Shown here piece after piece: positions 35,481-47,554 of a stretch of DNA of 64,000 nucleotides. The notes beneath the pieces are model-generated. The model ran no database searches. It was not told the DNA's origin and was given only the letters and a program-made list of their open reading frames with translations. The stretch is from contig CATNEN010000024.1 of NCBI GenBank assembly GCA_950097015.1, positions 496,001 through 560,000 on the forward strand, in the 5' to 3' direction. The position numbers were made by a program, and so were the translations under genes. Origin of the DNA: Macrostomum hystrix. Lineage: Eukaryota > Animalia > Platyhelminthes. Numbering within the stretch: the stretch's first letter is position 1; the number at the start of each line of letters is the position of its first letter.

Positions 35481-35503
35481 CCGGTGTGCTCCCAAATCAC
35501 CCC

Positions 35504-35759
35504 TTACTTACTGCCGCTGCCGTGATCAGGCAGTGACAAGTAGGTCGGCGGCCTGGGCCCGAATGCCCATGTGGATTGCTCGTCAGGTCCGCCGCCACTG
35601 ACACCGCCACCGCCTCCTCCAACTCCTCCTCCTCCGTAGGCTTGAAAGTCTAGCGGGTTGATGGGGCCGACGCTCTCGTTGGAGATCAGCGGATAATCGC
35701 ACGGCTGTCCGCCAGAACCGCCTTTTGGAGGATTTTTAGGTACGAATTTTTGCAGTGTG
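35504..35759 (-). CDS. dmrt: Double-DM-domain Dmrt transcription factor, terminal exon
   Basis: CAAAG acceptor, phase 2 matching the donor at 35835; Gly-rich tail to stop. Confidence 0.7.
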
Positions 35760-35834
35760 CTTTGGAGGGTTGGCCCTCGTCGGCGTACATTGCACGACAA
35801 GCCTTCTAATCAGTTCTACACATTCAACAGACAC

Positions 35835-36201
35835 CGAATGTCCAGACCTTTATGGTCCTCAACATCGGGCGTCATCGGCTCGCCGGCCGCCGGATCCAGT
35901 TTGACAGCGCCGCCGTCCACAATTGACGGCGTGGCGGTCGACGCAGAAACTGCGACCGCTGCAGCAACAGCTGCCGCCGCCGCCGCCGCCGCCGCCGCAG
36001 CTGCCGAGGACGTGCCGAAGCTAGACGAGGCTGACGAATGATTATGGCGATTCTGAAACTGATGATGCTGATGCTGCAGCAGGTACTGGTGCTCTTGAAG
36101 CTGCATGGGCTGATGAAGCTGCTGCTGCTGCTGTTGCTGCTGCAGATGCGGAAACGGGGCGACGGGCGCAACGGGTCTCAGAGAGCGCCGTCTGGCCGAT
36201 A

Positions 36202-36259
<58 letters not shown>

Positions 36260-36365
36260 AGTCAGCTGGTGGTGATGCCCGAATGTGCTGAAGTGTCCGC
36301 CGGCGAATGCTGCAACAAACTGATCGTCTGGCTTGTAGTCCAGTTGATCAAATCTGGAGTGTGGA

Positions 36366-36409
<44 letters not shown>

Positions 36410-36573
36410 CTCGTCGCGCAGTAGTTTATCGTTGGATTTGCGCATTGCAATGAGCGAACAGTCGTCGCAAATACAGATAGCGTAGGGGCAGAGCTTCTTG
36501 TGACCGCGCCATGGCTGAGTTGTGCCGTGATTGCGGCAGCGGCGACAGTGGGGCCCGCTGAATGCTGAGTCAC
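35835..36573 (-). CDS. dmrt: Dmrt exon with DM domain 2 plus polyQ/polyA
   Basis: PHCRRCRNHGTTQPWRGHKKLCPYAICICDDC fits C-x2-C-x2-H-x8-H-x3-C-x4-C-x-C-x2-C; phase-1 acceptor CTCAAG. Confidence 0.9.
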
Positions 36574-36659
36574 CTTGAGCACAGAGTGAGAACAAAACAA
36601 TGCATTTGTGAAATCATTTTCTTCTTTTTCTTAGCATCATTCCCTTTTTTCCATTGAAA

Positions 36660-37640
36660 CAGCAGCCTGTTCTAACTCCAGTAGTCCTTTATAACAGCAG
36701 CCTGTTCTAACTCCAGTAGTCCTTTATAACAGCAGCCTGTTCTAACTCCAGTAGTCCTTTATAACAGCAGCCTGTTCTAACTCCAGTAGTCCTTTATAAC
36801 AGCAGCCTGTTCTAACTCCAGTAGTCCTTTATAACAGCAGCCTGTTCTAACTCCAGTAGTCCTTTATAACAGCAGCCTGTTCTAACTCCAGTAGCCCTTT
36901 ATAACAGCAGCCTGTTCTAACTCCAGTAGTCCTTTATAACAGCAGCCTGTTCTAACTCCAGTAGTCCTTTATAACAGCAGCCTGTTCTAACTCCAGTAGC
37001 CCTTTATAACAGCAGCCTGTTCTAACTCCAGTAGTCCTTTATAACAGCAGCCTGTTCTAACTCCAGTAGTCCTTTATAACAGCAGCCTGTTCTAACTCCA
37101 GTAGTCCTTTATAACAGCAGCCTGTTCTAACTCCAGTAGCCCTTTATAACAGCAGCCTGTTCTAACTCCAGTAGTCCTTTATAACAGCAGCCTGTTCTAA
37201 CTCCAGTAGCCCTTTATAACAGCAGCCTGTTCTAACTCCAGTAGTCCTTTATAACAGCAGCCTGTTCTAACTCCAGTAGCCCTTTATAACAGCAGCCTGT
37301 TCTAACTCCAGTAGTCCTTTATAACAGCAGCCTGTTCTAACTCCAGTAGTCCTTTATAACAGCAGCCTGTTCTAACTCCAGTAGTCCTTTATAACAGCAG
37401 CCTGTTCTAACTCCAGTAGCCCTTTATAACAGCAGCCTGTTCTAACTCCAGTAGTCCTTTATAACAGCAGCCTGTTCTAACTCCAGTAGCCCTTTATAAC
37501 AGCAGCCTGTTCTAACTCCAGTAGCCCTTTATAACAGCAGCCTGTTCTAACTCCAGTAGCCCTTTATAACAGCAGCCTGTTCTAACTCCAGTAGTCCTTT
37601 ATAACAGCAGCCTGTTCTAACTCCAGTAGCCCTTTATAAC
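36660..37640. repeat. 35-bp minisatellite x~28 in the Dmrt intron
   Basis: ACAGCAGCCTGTTCTAACTCCAGTAG[T/C]CCTTTATA. Confidence 0.96.
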
Positions 37641-37809
37641 TGGCCAAATTGCCCTTACATGAATGACTCAGACGTCTAAAATATATAGTTTTTTAATAAC
37701 ACTTCAATTAAATAGCTTAGCAAATGTAAAATGTTAATTTTTTTTTTTCATTTAAATATCTTCGCGAAATATTAGCCTAATGCAACATTTTGCATTATAA
37801 AAAAAAATA

Positions 37810-37881
<72 letters not shown>

Positions 37882-37883
37882 AA
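37810..37883. repeat. (AAT)n microsatellite
   Basis: Direct. Confidence 0.95.
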
Positions 37884-38261
37884 TGAATTTGGCAATTCTG
37901 GACCATTAACTGGGACTAGGATCCCATCAGATCCGGCAGCTGAATATTCTTGCAGTTGCTGCTGGTGGTACATTCGCTACATTCTGCACAGACTCTTTAT
38001 GGGGCCGAGAAAAGTACCAATTTTGTCAGGCAGCCTATGGAATGCCGTGGCTCGCAGCATCTGCGCTGATCTTGCCATTCAAAGGTGGGATTATGAAGAC
38101 AATTGCTACAAACTGGTGCAGTATCTTTTCTATAGCAAAACTATTCAACTTGAAAGCAGATTTAAGGGAAAATTCTGTTCGGTTTGGGGCGCGAAATGCA
38201 CTGCAGGAACAACTTTTTAATATATTTATATTCTGCTATTAATGTGACAAAATCTGTCTAG

Positions 38262-38557
38262 TGAAATATGACACATCTAGTGAAATATGACAGATCTAGT
38301 GAAATATGACAGATCTAGTGAAATATGACAGATCTAGTGAAATATGACAGATCTAGTGAAATATGACACATCTAGTGAAATATGACAGATCTAGTGAAAT
38401 ATGACAGATCTAGTGAAATATGACAGATCTAGTGAAATATGACAGATCTATTGAAATATGACAGATCTAGTGAAATATGACAGATCTAGTGAAATATGAC
38501 AGATCTAGTGAAATATGACAGATCTAGTGAAATATGACAGATCTAGTGAAATATGAC
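38262..38557. repeat. 19-bp minisatellite (TCTAGTGAAATATGACAGA)
   Basis: Tandem; next to the Dmrt donor site. Confidence 0.95.
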
Positions 38558-38589
38558 TAATGACATTTTTTATCATCTGAAAATGCTAC

Positions 38590-38626
38590 CTTTTTCACAG
38601 CTGAAAGAGGTCTCGCTGATGATTGT

Positions 38627-38669
<43 letters not shown>

Positions 38670-39089
38670 CGTTGCTGCTGCTGCTGCTGCTGCTGTTTCT
38701 TGAACTCCGGCATTCGACCAGTTGAGCTGAGCTGCTGGCTCTGTGCCGCAGTGAAATAGGAGTCATTCAGAGCCGAGTCACCCGCAGCCACCTGGCCGCG
38801 ATGCTCGGTCTCCTGCTTCTTCTGCAGATCCTCGCTTCTCTGCTTCCGGTAATTGCTAATCTGCTTGGCCACAATGGACCGGCCGTGCTCAACCAGCTCG
38901 CATTTGGTGCATCGGCAGTCTTTTTGTTTGCAATTTCTCTTGTGATTTTTAACGCTAATATTTAGACCGTGACCTTTGCACTTGCGGCAATAGTATTGCT
39001 TGCGGTTGCCCTGCGGTTGCTGGGCGAGTTGTTGCTGCTGCTGAAGTCCGCCGACTGTGAAAGCCTCCACAGACAGCCGGTGCTGCTGC
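38590..39089 (-). CDS. dmrt: Dmrt exon with DM domain 1 plus polyQ (start-codon exon not identified)
   Basis: YYCRKCKGHGLNISVKNHKRNCKQKDCRCTKC, intact DM ligand pattern; donor AAG|GTAGCA phase 1; no in-frame ATG upstream, so an earlier exon is needed. Confidence 0.9.
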
Positions 39090-39182
39090 CTGCGAGGTGA
39101 TTCAACATCGACTCAAAACTATATAATAGCTACACTTGACTTGCTCTGGAGTATAGTTCAGTTCAGTTGAAGTTAAATGGAC

Positions 39183-39478
39183 AATAACTGATTACACCTA
39201 CCCTACCTAATTCAACCAGATGTGCAGCCGACACACCACAGCCGCAGCTATTGCGCGGCGCATCTGAAGGCTGCGTACGGCTGTCCAGTCCATGGACTGG
39301 GGAGACGCTCAATAGCTACCCCCAATCACCCCAGCTAATGCTGGTACCCATTTACCAGCTGGGTGAATTAAAGCAATGCACAAACAAAGGACACAAATTG
39401 TTCAAGTGAAGTTGCGAATCGAACCCCCAACCTTCAAGTCGTGAGTCCAACACGCTAACCACTAGGCTACAACGCCCT
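39183..39478 (-). mobile_element. SINE family A (CORE-like) copy
   Basis: Reverse complement of the 30032 element, diverged. Confidence 0.88.
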
Positions 39479-40122
39479 AGACAATATAAATAAACACATC
39501 TAGATAGATATAGTTATAGATACGTCAAAATAAACTGTGAATGAAACAATCAAACAAACAGAATATAAATAAATAAATCAATCAATCAATCAATCAATCA
39601 ATATAAACGCAAAGATAAAGAAAATAGCTAGGCAAACAAACAAGCTAATGGACAAACAAACTAGGAGTAGAAACATATTTGAGAATTGTTAGGCTAATAA
39701 TTTTCAGTTTCTAATCTCCTGATTTCTAATGTTCGCAGCCTCACAGAGAGAAATAGAAATTATTACTCCTATTATTATATATACATATGGCTCATTCTGC
39801 CTCAGCCGATTTCGCTACAAAAATCAAGAGAAGCGACCCTGCAACCCCTCCCCTTGAACCGAATCGGGCGCGGAGCTCGTCTCGGCATTAACAGTAGCGA
39901 TTTTGCATGAGAAATTGTATCGAAATCAAGAAGGAGCTGCATTTCGAGCTGCAGCCACGCATTTGGTGAATATTGCACCACACTGCATATAGGAGAAGCG
40001 GGGACAGTTACATTCATTATAGAATATGCACACATTGCAGTGTGCGAGCGCATGGGTGAGGCCGTTAGTTTTCGTTACATTTCTTCTCATTTCGCTAGTA
40101 TTAGGTCTCAAATATCTCTCTG

Positions 40123-40159
<37 letters not shown>

Positions 40160-40496
40160 GTGAGTCCGCGCACTCAATTTCACTGACAAGAGAAAACTAA
40201 GCCATATAGAGCTCACATGATAGCGATATCTATTTTCGCAGCCGAATAGTTTTTTTTGTTATAAATCTTAATTGTCTTTCTTTTTTCCCAAATGAAATTC
40301 TATATCGCGCTTCTCGTAATATACTCGTATAGTATTCAATACAAATTGAAGACCTAACCATTGAAAGAAGATTTTAACCTTACTTATTACTGGTAACTAA
40401 GACTATAGTTTAATGGTAAAACCTTTCATTTTTATGTACCAGCTGACACCTCTGCTGACACACCAGCTGACAACTTTCTTGAGCAAGTACTCTACT

Positions 40497-40775
40497 AGGG
40501 TCAGTGGCAGAGCGGTTAACGCGTTTGCCTCTCGCGGCCAGGTCCTGAGCTCGATTCCGCGGCGAGGCCACATTCATTTGGGGCGCAGCCGCGGACAGAA
40601 GGCTTGGGGGCTTGTAGTGCAATTTACGCCCTTGAAGTCACAGTGAAAGTGTACATTGTCTGACGATGAGTCAGAGCAAATGTACACACACCTGTTTGAG
40701 CGTGTGCCTGCGTACGGTACCTGTGTGCGTGTGTGCTCAGGAGTCAGCGAAATGAGCAGAATTGCCTCCTCGCTA
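40497..40775 (+). mobile_element. tRNA-derived SINE family B, near full length
   Basis: A box TGGCAGAGCGG, degenerate B box GAGCTCGATTCC; body shared with 61148 and 18835. Confidence 0.75.
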
Positions 40776-41382
40776 GAAACAACTTTAGTTCGCTGAAGCT
40801 TTATCGAAATCTTCATATTCCTTCCTACCTTGAAGTGGCTGTCACAGTTGGATGTCGATTGAACAGCCCGTTGTCCATGTCAAATGTTAATCAATGAGAC
40901 AAGACGATGAAGCTTGGGGCTAGTTCTAAGCTTTCTCTATTTTAATTCGTATCGTTGAATTCATTTTCAGCCGCGACTTTAATAAAAGATTTCTCGCAGT
41001 TAGTTAATGCGGGCATACTTGGCCAGCCCGCCAGCCAATGGCAAAGCTGTGCGCGAGTCCCCCCCTACCCACCCCTCCTCCGCCAACTGACCAGTTTGAA
41101 GGCTGAACGAATTAAATCGGCTTGACAGGCACTGATGGCAGGTATTCGTGTTTGTAGAGGATTTGCGCAACTACGCAATTCGCAGCATTTTTTTTTAATT
41201 TTGCGAATTTTTTGTTAAATACGTAATTAATTGGGTCTATATACGCCATGTATACTGGTAGGCATTCGATTTACAACAGCTCTCACTTGATTGATTGCCG
41301 TTAGTTTTTTTTCAAAAACTTTTGGAGTTAGAAAAAATTGTAATGTGTGATTATGACAATTTAAAGCTTCTGCTATCTAGAA

Positions 41383-42653
41383 CGGAAGCAGACAAATACC
41401 AGACAGAAGCAGACAGGTACCAGACAGAGGCAGACAAATACCAGACAGAAGCAGACAGGTACCAGACAGAAGCAGACAGGTACCAGACAGAAGCAGACAG
41501 GTACCAGACAGAGGCAGACAAATACCAGACAGAAGCAGACAGGTACCAGACAGAAGCAGACAGGTACCAGACAGAAGCAGACAGGTACCAGATAGAAGCA
41601 GACAGGTACCAGACAGAAGCAGGTACCAGATAGAAGCAGACAGGTACCAGACAGAGGCAGACAAATACCAGACAGAAGCAGACAGGTACCAGATAGAAGC
41701 AGACAGGTACCAGACAGAAGCAGACAGGTACCAGATAGAAGCAGACAGGTACCAGACAGAAGCAGACAAATACCAGACAGAAGCAGACAGGTACCAGACA
41801 GAAGCAGACAAATACCAGACAGAAGCAGACAAATACCAGACAGAAGCAGACAAATACCAGACAGAAGCAGACAAATACCAGACAGAAGCAGACAGTGAGA
41901 CAAATACCAGACAGAAGCAGACAGTGAGACAGGTACCAGACAGAAGCAGACATGTACCAGACAGAAGCAGACAAATACCAGACAGAAGCAGACATGTACC
42001 AGACAGAAGCAGACAAATACCAGACAGAAGCAGACAGGTACCAGACAGAAGCAGACAAATACCAGACAGAAGCAGACAAATACCAGACAGAAGCAGACAA
42101 ATACCAGACAGAAGCAGACAGTGAGACAGGTACCAGACAGAAGCAGACATGTACCAGATAGAAGCAGACAGGTACCAGACAGAAGCAGGTACCAGATAGA
42201 AGCAGACAGGTACCAGACAGAAGCAGACAGGTGCCAGACAGAAGCAGACAGGTACCAGACAGAAGCAGACAGGTACCAGACAGAAGCAGACAGGTACCAG
42301 ACAAAAGCAGACAAATACCAGACAGAAGCAGACAAATACCAGACAGAAGCAGACAGGTACCAGACAGAAGCAGACAGGTACCAGACAGAGGCAGACAGAT
42401 ACCAGACAGAAGCAGACAGGTACCAGACAGAAGCAGACAGGTACCAGACAGAAGCAGACAAATACCAGACAGAAGCAGACAGTGAGACAGGTACCAGACA
42501 GAAGCAGACAGGCATTGAACAGAAGCAGACAGGCATTGAACAGAAGCAGACAGATATTGAACAGAATCAGACAGGCATTGAACAGAAGCAGACAGGCATT
42601 GAACAGAAGCAGACAGGTATTGAACAGAAGCAGACAGGTATTGAACAGAAGCA
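41383..42653. repeat. 21-bp minisatellite (GACAGAAGCAGACAGGTACCA)
   Basis: Tandem; source of spurious long ORFs. Confidence 0.96.
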
Positions 42654-42887
42654 GTAAGCGTCGTGCGTGCGCACGCAAGCAGTCGAAAAAAACTTAGGGA
42701 TTGCTCTTTGATACAATTACGTATATGAGGGGAGAATGGGATGAGAAATGGGATCTACCTGCCAATCAGAAGCAGAAAGCAAAGCCAGTGCAATATTCTT
42801 GGATGGCCAGTGCTCAAAAACAAAATTGATTTTGATACATTTCTTTCTTCTGGGCTTTGCATGTTGCTGGCTGAGGGACGGACTGAG

Positions 42888-43483
42888 GGAGTGACTGTAG
42901 AGTGACTGTAGAGTGACTGTAGAGTAACTGTAGAGTGACTGAGGTAGTGACTGAGGGAGTGACTGAGGTAGTGACTGAGGGAGTGACTGAGGGAGTGACT
43001 GAGGGAGTGACTGAGGGAGTGACTGAGGGACTGACTGAGGGAGTGACTGAGGTAGTGACTGAGGGAGTGACTGAGGTAGTGACTGAGGTAGTGACTGAGG
43101 GAGTGACTGAGGGAGTGACTGAGGGAGTGACTGAGGGAGTGACTGAGGGAGTGACTGAGGGAGTGACTGAGGGAGTGACTGAGGGAGTGACTGAGGGACT
43201 GACTGAGGGAGTGACTGAGGGACTGACTGAGGGAGTGACTGAGGTAATGACTGAGGGAGTGACTGAGGGACTGACTGAGGGACTGACTGAGGGACTGACT
43301 GAGGGAGTGACTGAGGGACTGACTGAGGGAGTGACTGAGGTAGTGACTGAGGGACTGACTGAGGGACTGACTGAGGGAGTGACTGAGGTAATGACTGAGG
43401 GAGTGACTGAGGGACTGACTGAGGGACTGACTGAGGGAGTGACTGAGGGAGTGACTGAGGGAGTGACTGAGGGAGTGACTGAG
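42888..43483. repeat. 12-bp minisatellite (GTGACTGAGGGA)
   Basis: Tandem. Confidence 0.96.
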
Positions 43484-43684
43484 CACTAGTACTCGTAAAT
43501 CAGTTAGAAAGCCCTTGAATTTTTACGTAGAAATTTTGTGGTTCGAGTAAACTGAACGCAAATAATTCAGTTTTAGTGACTCGCTATATCATGAATTTGT
43601 ACAAGCAAAGCGTTAAATTTGATGAATAATTTGTTTATCAAAAATAGGAAAAGTTTGATTGTCAGGTTGTCAATACAGGTTGTC

Positions 43685-44953
43685 AATACAGAGACACCCT
43701 GACAATCAATACAGAGACACCCTGACAATCAACACAGAGACACCCTGACAATCAATACATAGACACCCTGACAATCAGTACAGAGACACCCTGACAATCA
43801 ATACATAGACACCCTGACAACCAATACATAGACACCCTGACAATCAATACATAGACACCCCGACAACCAATACATAGACACCCTGACAATCAGTACAGAG
43901 ACACCCTGACAACCAATACATAGACACCCCGACAACCAATACATAGACACCCTGACAATCAGTACAGAGACACCCTGACAATCAATACAGAGACACCCTG
44001 ACAACCAATACATAGACACCCTGACAATCAACACAGAGACACCCTGACAATCAGTACAGAGACACCCTGACAATCAATACAGAGACACCCTGACAATCAG
44101 TACAGAGACACCCTGACAATCAATACATAGACACCCTGACAACCAATACATAGACACCCTGACAATCAATACATAGACACCCCGACAACCAATACATAGA
44201 CACCCTGACAATCAGTACAGAGACACCCTGACAACCAATACATAGACACCCCGACAACCAATACATAGACACCCTGACAATCAGTACAGAGACACCCTGA
44301 CAATCAATACAGAGACACCCTGACAACCAATACATAGACACCCTGACAATCAACACAGAGACACCCTGACAATCAGTACAGAGACACCCTGACAATCAAT
44401 ACAGAGACACCCTGACAATCAATACATAGAATCCCTGATAACCAATACATAGAACCCTGACAATCAATACAGAGACACCCTGACAATCAATACAGAGACA
44501 CCCTGACAATCAATACAGAGACACCCTGAAAATCAATACAGAGACACCCTGACAATCAATACAGAGACACCCTGACAATCAATACAGAGACACCCTGACA
44601 ATCAATACAGAGACACCCTGACAATCAATACAGAGACACCCTGACAACCAATACAGAGACACCCTGACAATCAATACAGAGACACCCTGACAATCAATAC
44701 AGAGACACCCTGACAATCAATACAGAGACACCCTGACAATCAATACAGAGACACCCTGACAATCAATACAGAGACACCCTGACAATCAATACAGAGACAC
44801 CCTGACAATCAATACAGAGACACCCTGACAATCAATACAGAGACACCCTGACAATCAATACAGAGACACCCTGACAATCAATACAGAGACACCCTGACAA
44901 TCAATACAGAGACACCCTGACAATCAGTACAGAGACACCCTGACAATCAATAC
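43685..44953. repeat. 23-bp satellite (CAGAGACACCCTGACAATCAATA) with a 322-bp (14-mer) higher-order duplication
   Basis: Identical 91-aa ORF translations at 43798 and 44120 (offset 322 = 14x23). Confidence 0.95.
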
Positions 44954-45639
44954 GAGTAAAATATAAATATATATACAGGCTTACAAAACGGGTAAGAAAG
45001 CTACAATAACCAATGCCAAAAGTAAAACAATATTTTACGCAAAAACGATTTGAAAAATATTGCATTGAATTGCTGACATCTGAAAGACCGACTTAAAAAG
45101 ACATTTTCTAAGTCGTGTTTACCTTTTGAAATTTGAAAGTTGCATTGACTATCACACAATAAAATTCATAAAATGTGTTAACGTTGCTACTCGTGCACAT
45201 GTGTGAGTAGTGTGTAGCACAGAAGCCGCTTTTTCTAAAAAAAACGTTGAGAAAAGCGCGTAGTAAGAATAAGAAGAATGCAGTGCAGCTGTCACTTAAT
45301 CGCCCACAGTCGCTATATGGCATAGAATCTAGAACTGTGCTCAGATATGACTCACACTATATACAGACACAAAAAATACAGTTACTATTCGTGTATAGAG
45401 AAGCGAGAGGAATGTGAATAGTTATTGGACCACGCGAGCTTGCATTGTCAAGGCTCAGACAGGAAATTAAGAAACTCCCACCGCTAGCGAGTTGTTTTGT
45501 CAGAGAGCAACAAAAATGTTTGAATTGAAAGTGCGTTAGAGAGTTTACTGTGATTATATTATACAACTGCAGTTAACACTGCCTGAGGATGACTATAGTC
45601 AGGACAGATGTACACCAAACGTCTGCTTAGGGGTATGCA

Positions 45640-46035
45640 TTATTGCTGTCAATCAAAGCCTCTTCAAGGTTGTCAAGGGTGTCAGTAGGGTTCTTTTAAA
45701 CGTTGTCAATCAACACTTGTGAAACCTGTTAACAAATCACAGTCAAAGTTATCAAACAATGCCAGTGGAATTCATCATCAGCTATGGCAACTGTCAATCA
45801 GGGCTTGTCAAGCCTGTAAAAATGTCTATCGAAGCTATCAATCAACGGCTGTCAAAGCCTGTCAAATCAAAGCCTGTTCAACAGTTGTGAAACCCGTAAA
45901 ACAAAAAACTGTCCAAGCTGTCAATTAAGCTGTCAATCAACGCCTGTCAAATTCATCGATCATCAGCTGTCAATTAAGCTGCCAATCAACGCCTGTCAAA
46001 TTCATCTATCATCAGCTGTCAAAGCTGTCAATCAA
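45640..46035. repeat. Degenerate AAGCTGTCAATCAA-type repeats abutting the kinase stop codon
   Basis: Recurring CTGTCAA units. Confidence 0.7.
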
Positions 46036-46211
46036 CGCTGTCCAGCAGGCGCAGTTTCGAGCAGGCGGCGCCATTAGCTGGCAGCGAACGACGTCTCCGC
46101 TTAGACAGTGACAGCCGACGGAGCAGCTGCTGATCGGCCAGCTCAGAGATTCGTCTGGCGGAAGGCCGCTCGTCTGGCGATCGTCGCAGGCAGTTTTGAA
46201 GCAGCTCGAAC
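46028..46211 (-). CDS. LMTK/AATK-like kinase exon 7 (FELLQNCLRRSPDERPS...*)
   Basis: CTCCAG acceptor, phase 2; subdomain XI RPS motif. Confidence 0.8.
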
Positions 46212-46299
46212 CTGGAGACAAACAGATTGGATATTGGATAGAAATGACATATGGGACTAGGTGCGCAGCTAGTGGGGCTAGAAGTACAGCTAGAAGTGA

Positions 46300-46375
46300 C
46301 ATTCTTTCCCTGAGCTAAGATTCGAACTCCCAACCTCTCATTTAGAAGGCTGAAATCTCCAACTACCGGGACTCA
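46300..46375 (-). mobile_element. Degenerate tRNA-like SINE head in a kinase intron
   Basis: B box GAGTTCGAATC; A box weak. Confidence 0.45.
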
Positions 46376-46404
46376 TAGAAAAATCAGAAAATTGTCGCAC
46401 TCAC

Positions 46405-46602
46405 AGAGAGTGAACTACGCTGCTTTCGTCTCCGTCGTTGTCACAAATGTCGACGGCGACCGTCTCCGAAGCCTCCTGGATCAGGCAGGCATTCAGGTCG
46501 ATTCGATCAGCAGCCAGGGCTTCCAGTAGCTGGGCGTCAGTCAGGCGACGATGCGGAAGCTCCGCAAAGCTGCACAGCTCGAGCAGCAGAACACCGAGGG
46601 AC
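46405..46602 (-). CDS. LMTK/AATK-like kinase exon 6 (WSLGVLLLEL)
   Basis: Subdomain IX; phase 2/2. Confidence 0.85.
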
Positions 46603-46606
46603 CTAG

Positions 46607-46810
46607 GTGAGAGATCACAGGTAATCCCTGAGGATGGTGAGAGATCACAGGTAATACCTGAGGATGGTGAGAGATCACAGGTAAGCCCTGAGGATGGTGA
46701 GAGATCACAGGTAAACCCTGAGAATGGTGAGAGATCACAGGTAAGCCCTGAGGATGGTGAGAGATTACAGGTAAACCCTGAGGATGTAATGAGGTCACTG
46801 ATAAACCCTC
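46607..46810. repeat. 30-bp minisatellite filling a kinase intron
   Basis: GGTGAGAGATCACAGGTAA[T/G/A]CCCTGAGGAT. Confidence 0.9.
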
Positions 46811-46882
46811 AGGATGAGGCGATGCATACAGCCCTAGAGTAGTGACGAGAAGAACAGTTAATAAACTGATCAAGATGCTCAC

Positions 46883-47046
46883 CACACATTGGCCAGCACA
46901 TTCTGATCATCAGCTGCCACAGCTCGCGACTTCTTGACTCCGCTGACAATACCGATGCCGGAAGCGTCCGCTGTCTGCAGTCGAAGTGTCTCAGGTGCCA
47001 GCCAGCGCAACGGTACCAGGTCACCATTAACATTGACGTAGTCGCT
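46883..47046 (-). CDS. LMTK/AATK-like kinase exon 5 (SDYVNVNGDLVPLRWLAPE)
   Basis: TK-family PLRWxAPE; phase 0/2. Confidence 0.88.
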
Positions 47047-47204
47047 CTGTGAGTATGTCACGTGACAGGGGAGGTCAATTTACTGAAGCTGCAGTGGAAG
47101 AGTGGGGAGGTCAATCTACGGAGGCTGCACTGGGACAGAGGAGGTCAATCTACGGAGGCTCCAGTAAGAGGGTTATTAGCTACCCAAGAGCTACCCAGCC
47201 TCAC

Positions 47205-47450
47205 TGGATGCAGCATCTGGGTGCAGCCGTAATCGCCAATCTTAACCACCATCGAGCCAGTCGCCACCTGGCAGTTCCTGGCGCCGACGTCCTGGTAGAC
47301 GAAGCCCCGGTCGTGCAGGGCGGCGAGGCCGCGGCTGGCCTGCGTGGCGAATCGGATGGCCAGCAGGCGGTCGCTGAATTTGTAGCTAAGGCCTTTGGCA
47401 GCGCCAAAGCCGGACAGCCGCTCCGACACCAGCAGCGACTTCAGGTCCGT
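47205..47450 (-). CDS. LMTK/AATK-like kinase exon 4 (YQDVGARN, KIGDYG)
   Basis: Catalytic loop and the LMTK-type DYG motif; phase 0/0. Confidence 0.9.
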
Positions 47451-47554
47451 CTATATAAGGACAATAGATCAACAGGTGAGTTAAATGATAAGGTCACCTG
47501 TTCAGGTCATTCTAAGAATTATATGTGACGTCATTTTTAGAATTATCTTGTGAC

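Noticed and set aside
37752-37973. Q-rich ORF ending in poly-Leu as a Dmrt exon
   Set aside because: It has no convincing donor and runs into (AAT)n, and the flanking DM exons already join in phase without it. It remains a weak alternative terminal exon.
39802-40053. 83-aa ORF as the missing Dmrt first exon
   Set aside because: No phase-compatible GT donor was found by eye.
41295-43489. Long YQTEADR, VTEG and SHSL repeat ORFs
   Set aside because: Stop-free frames arise from 21- and 12-bp monomers on both strands, with no unique coding flanks or splice support.
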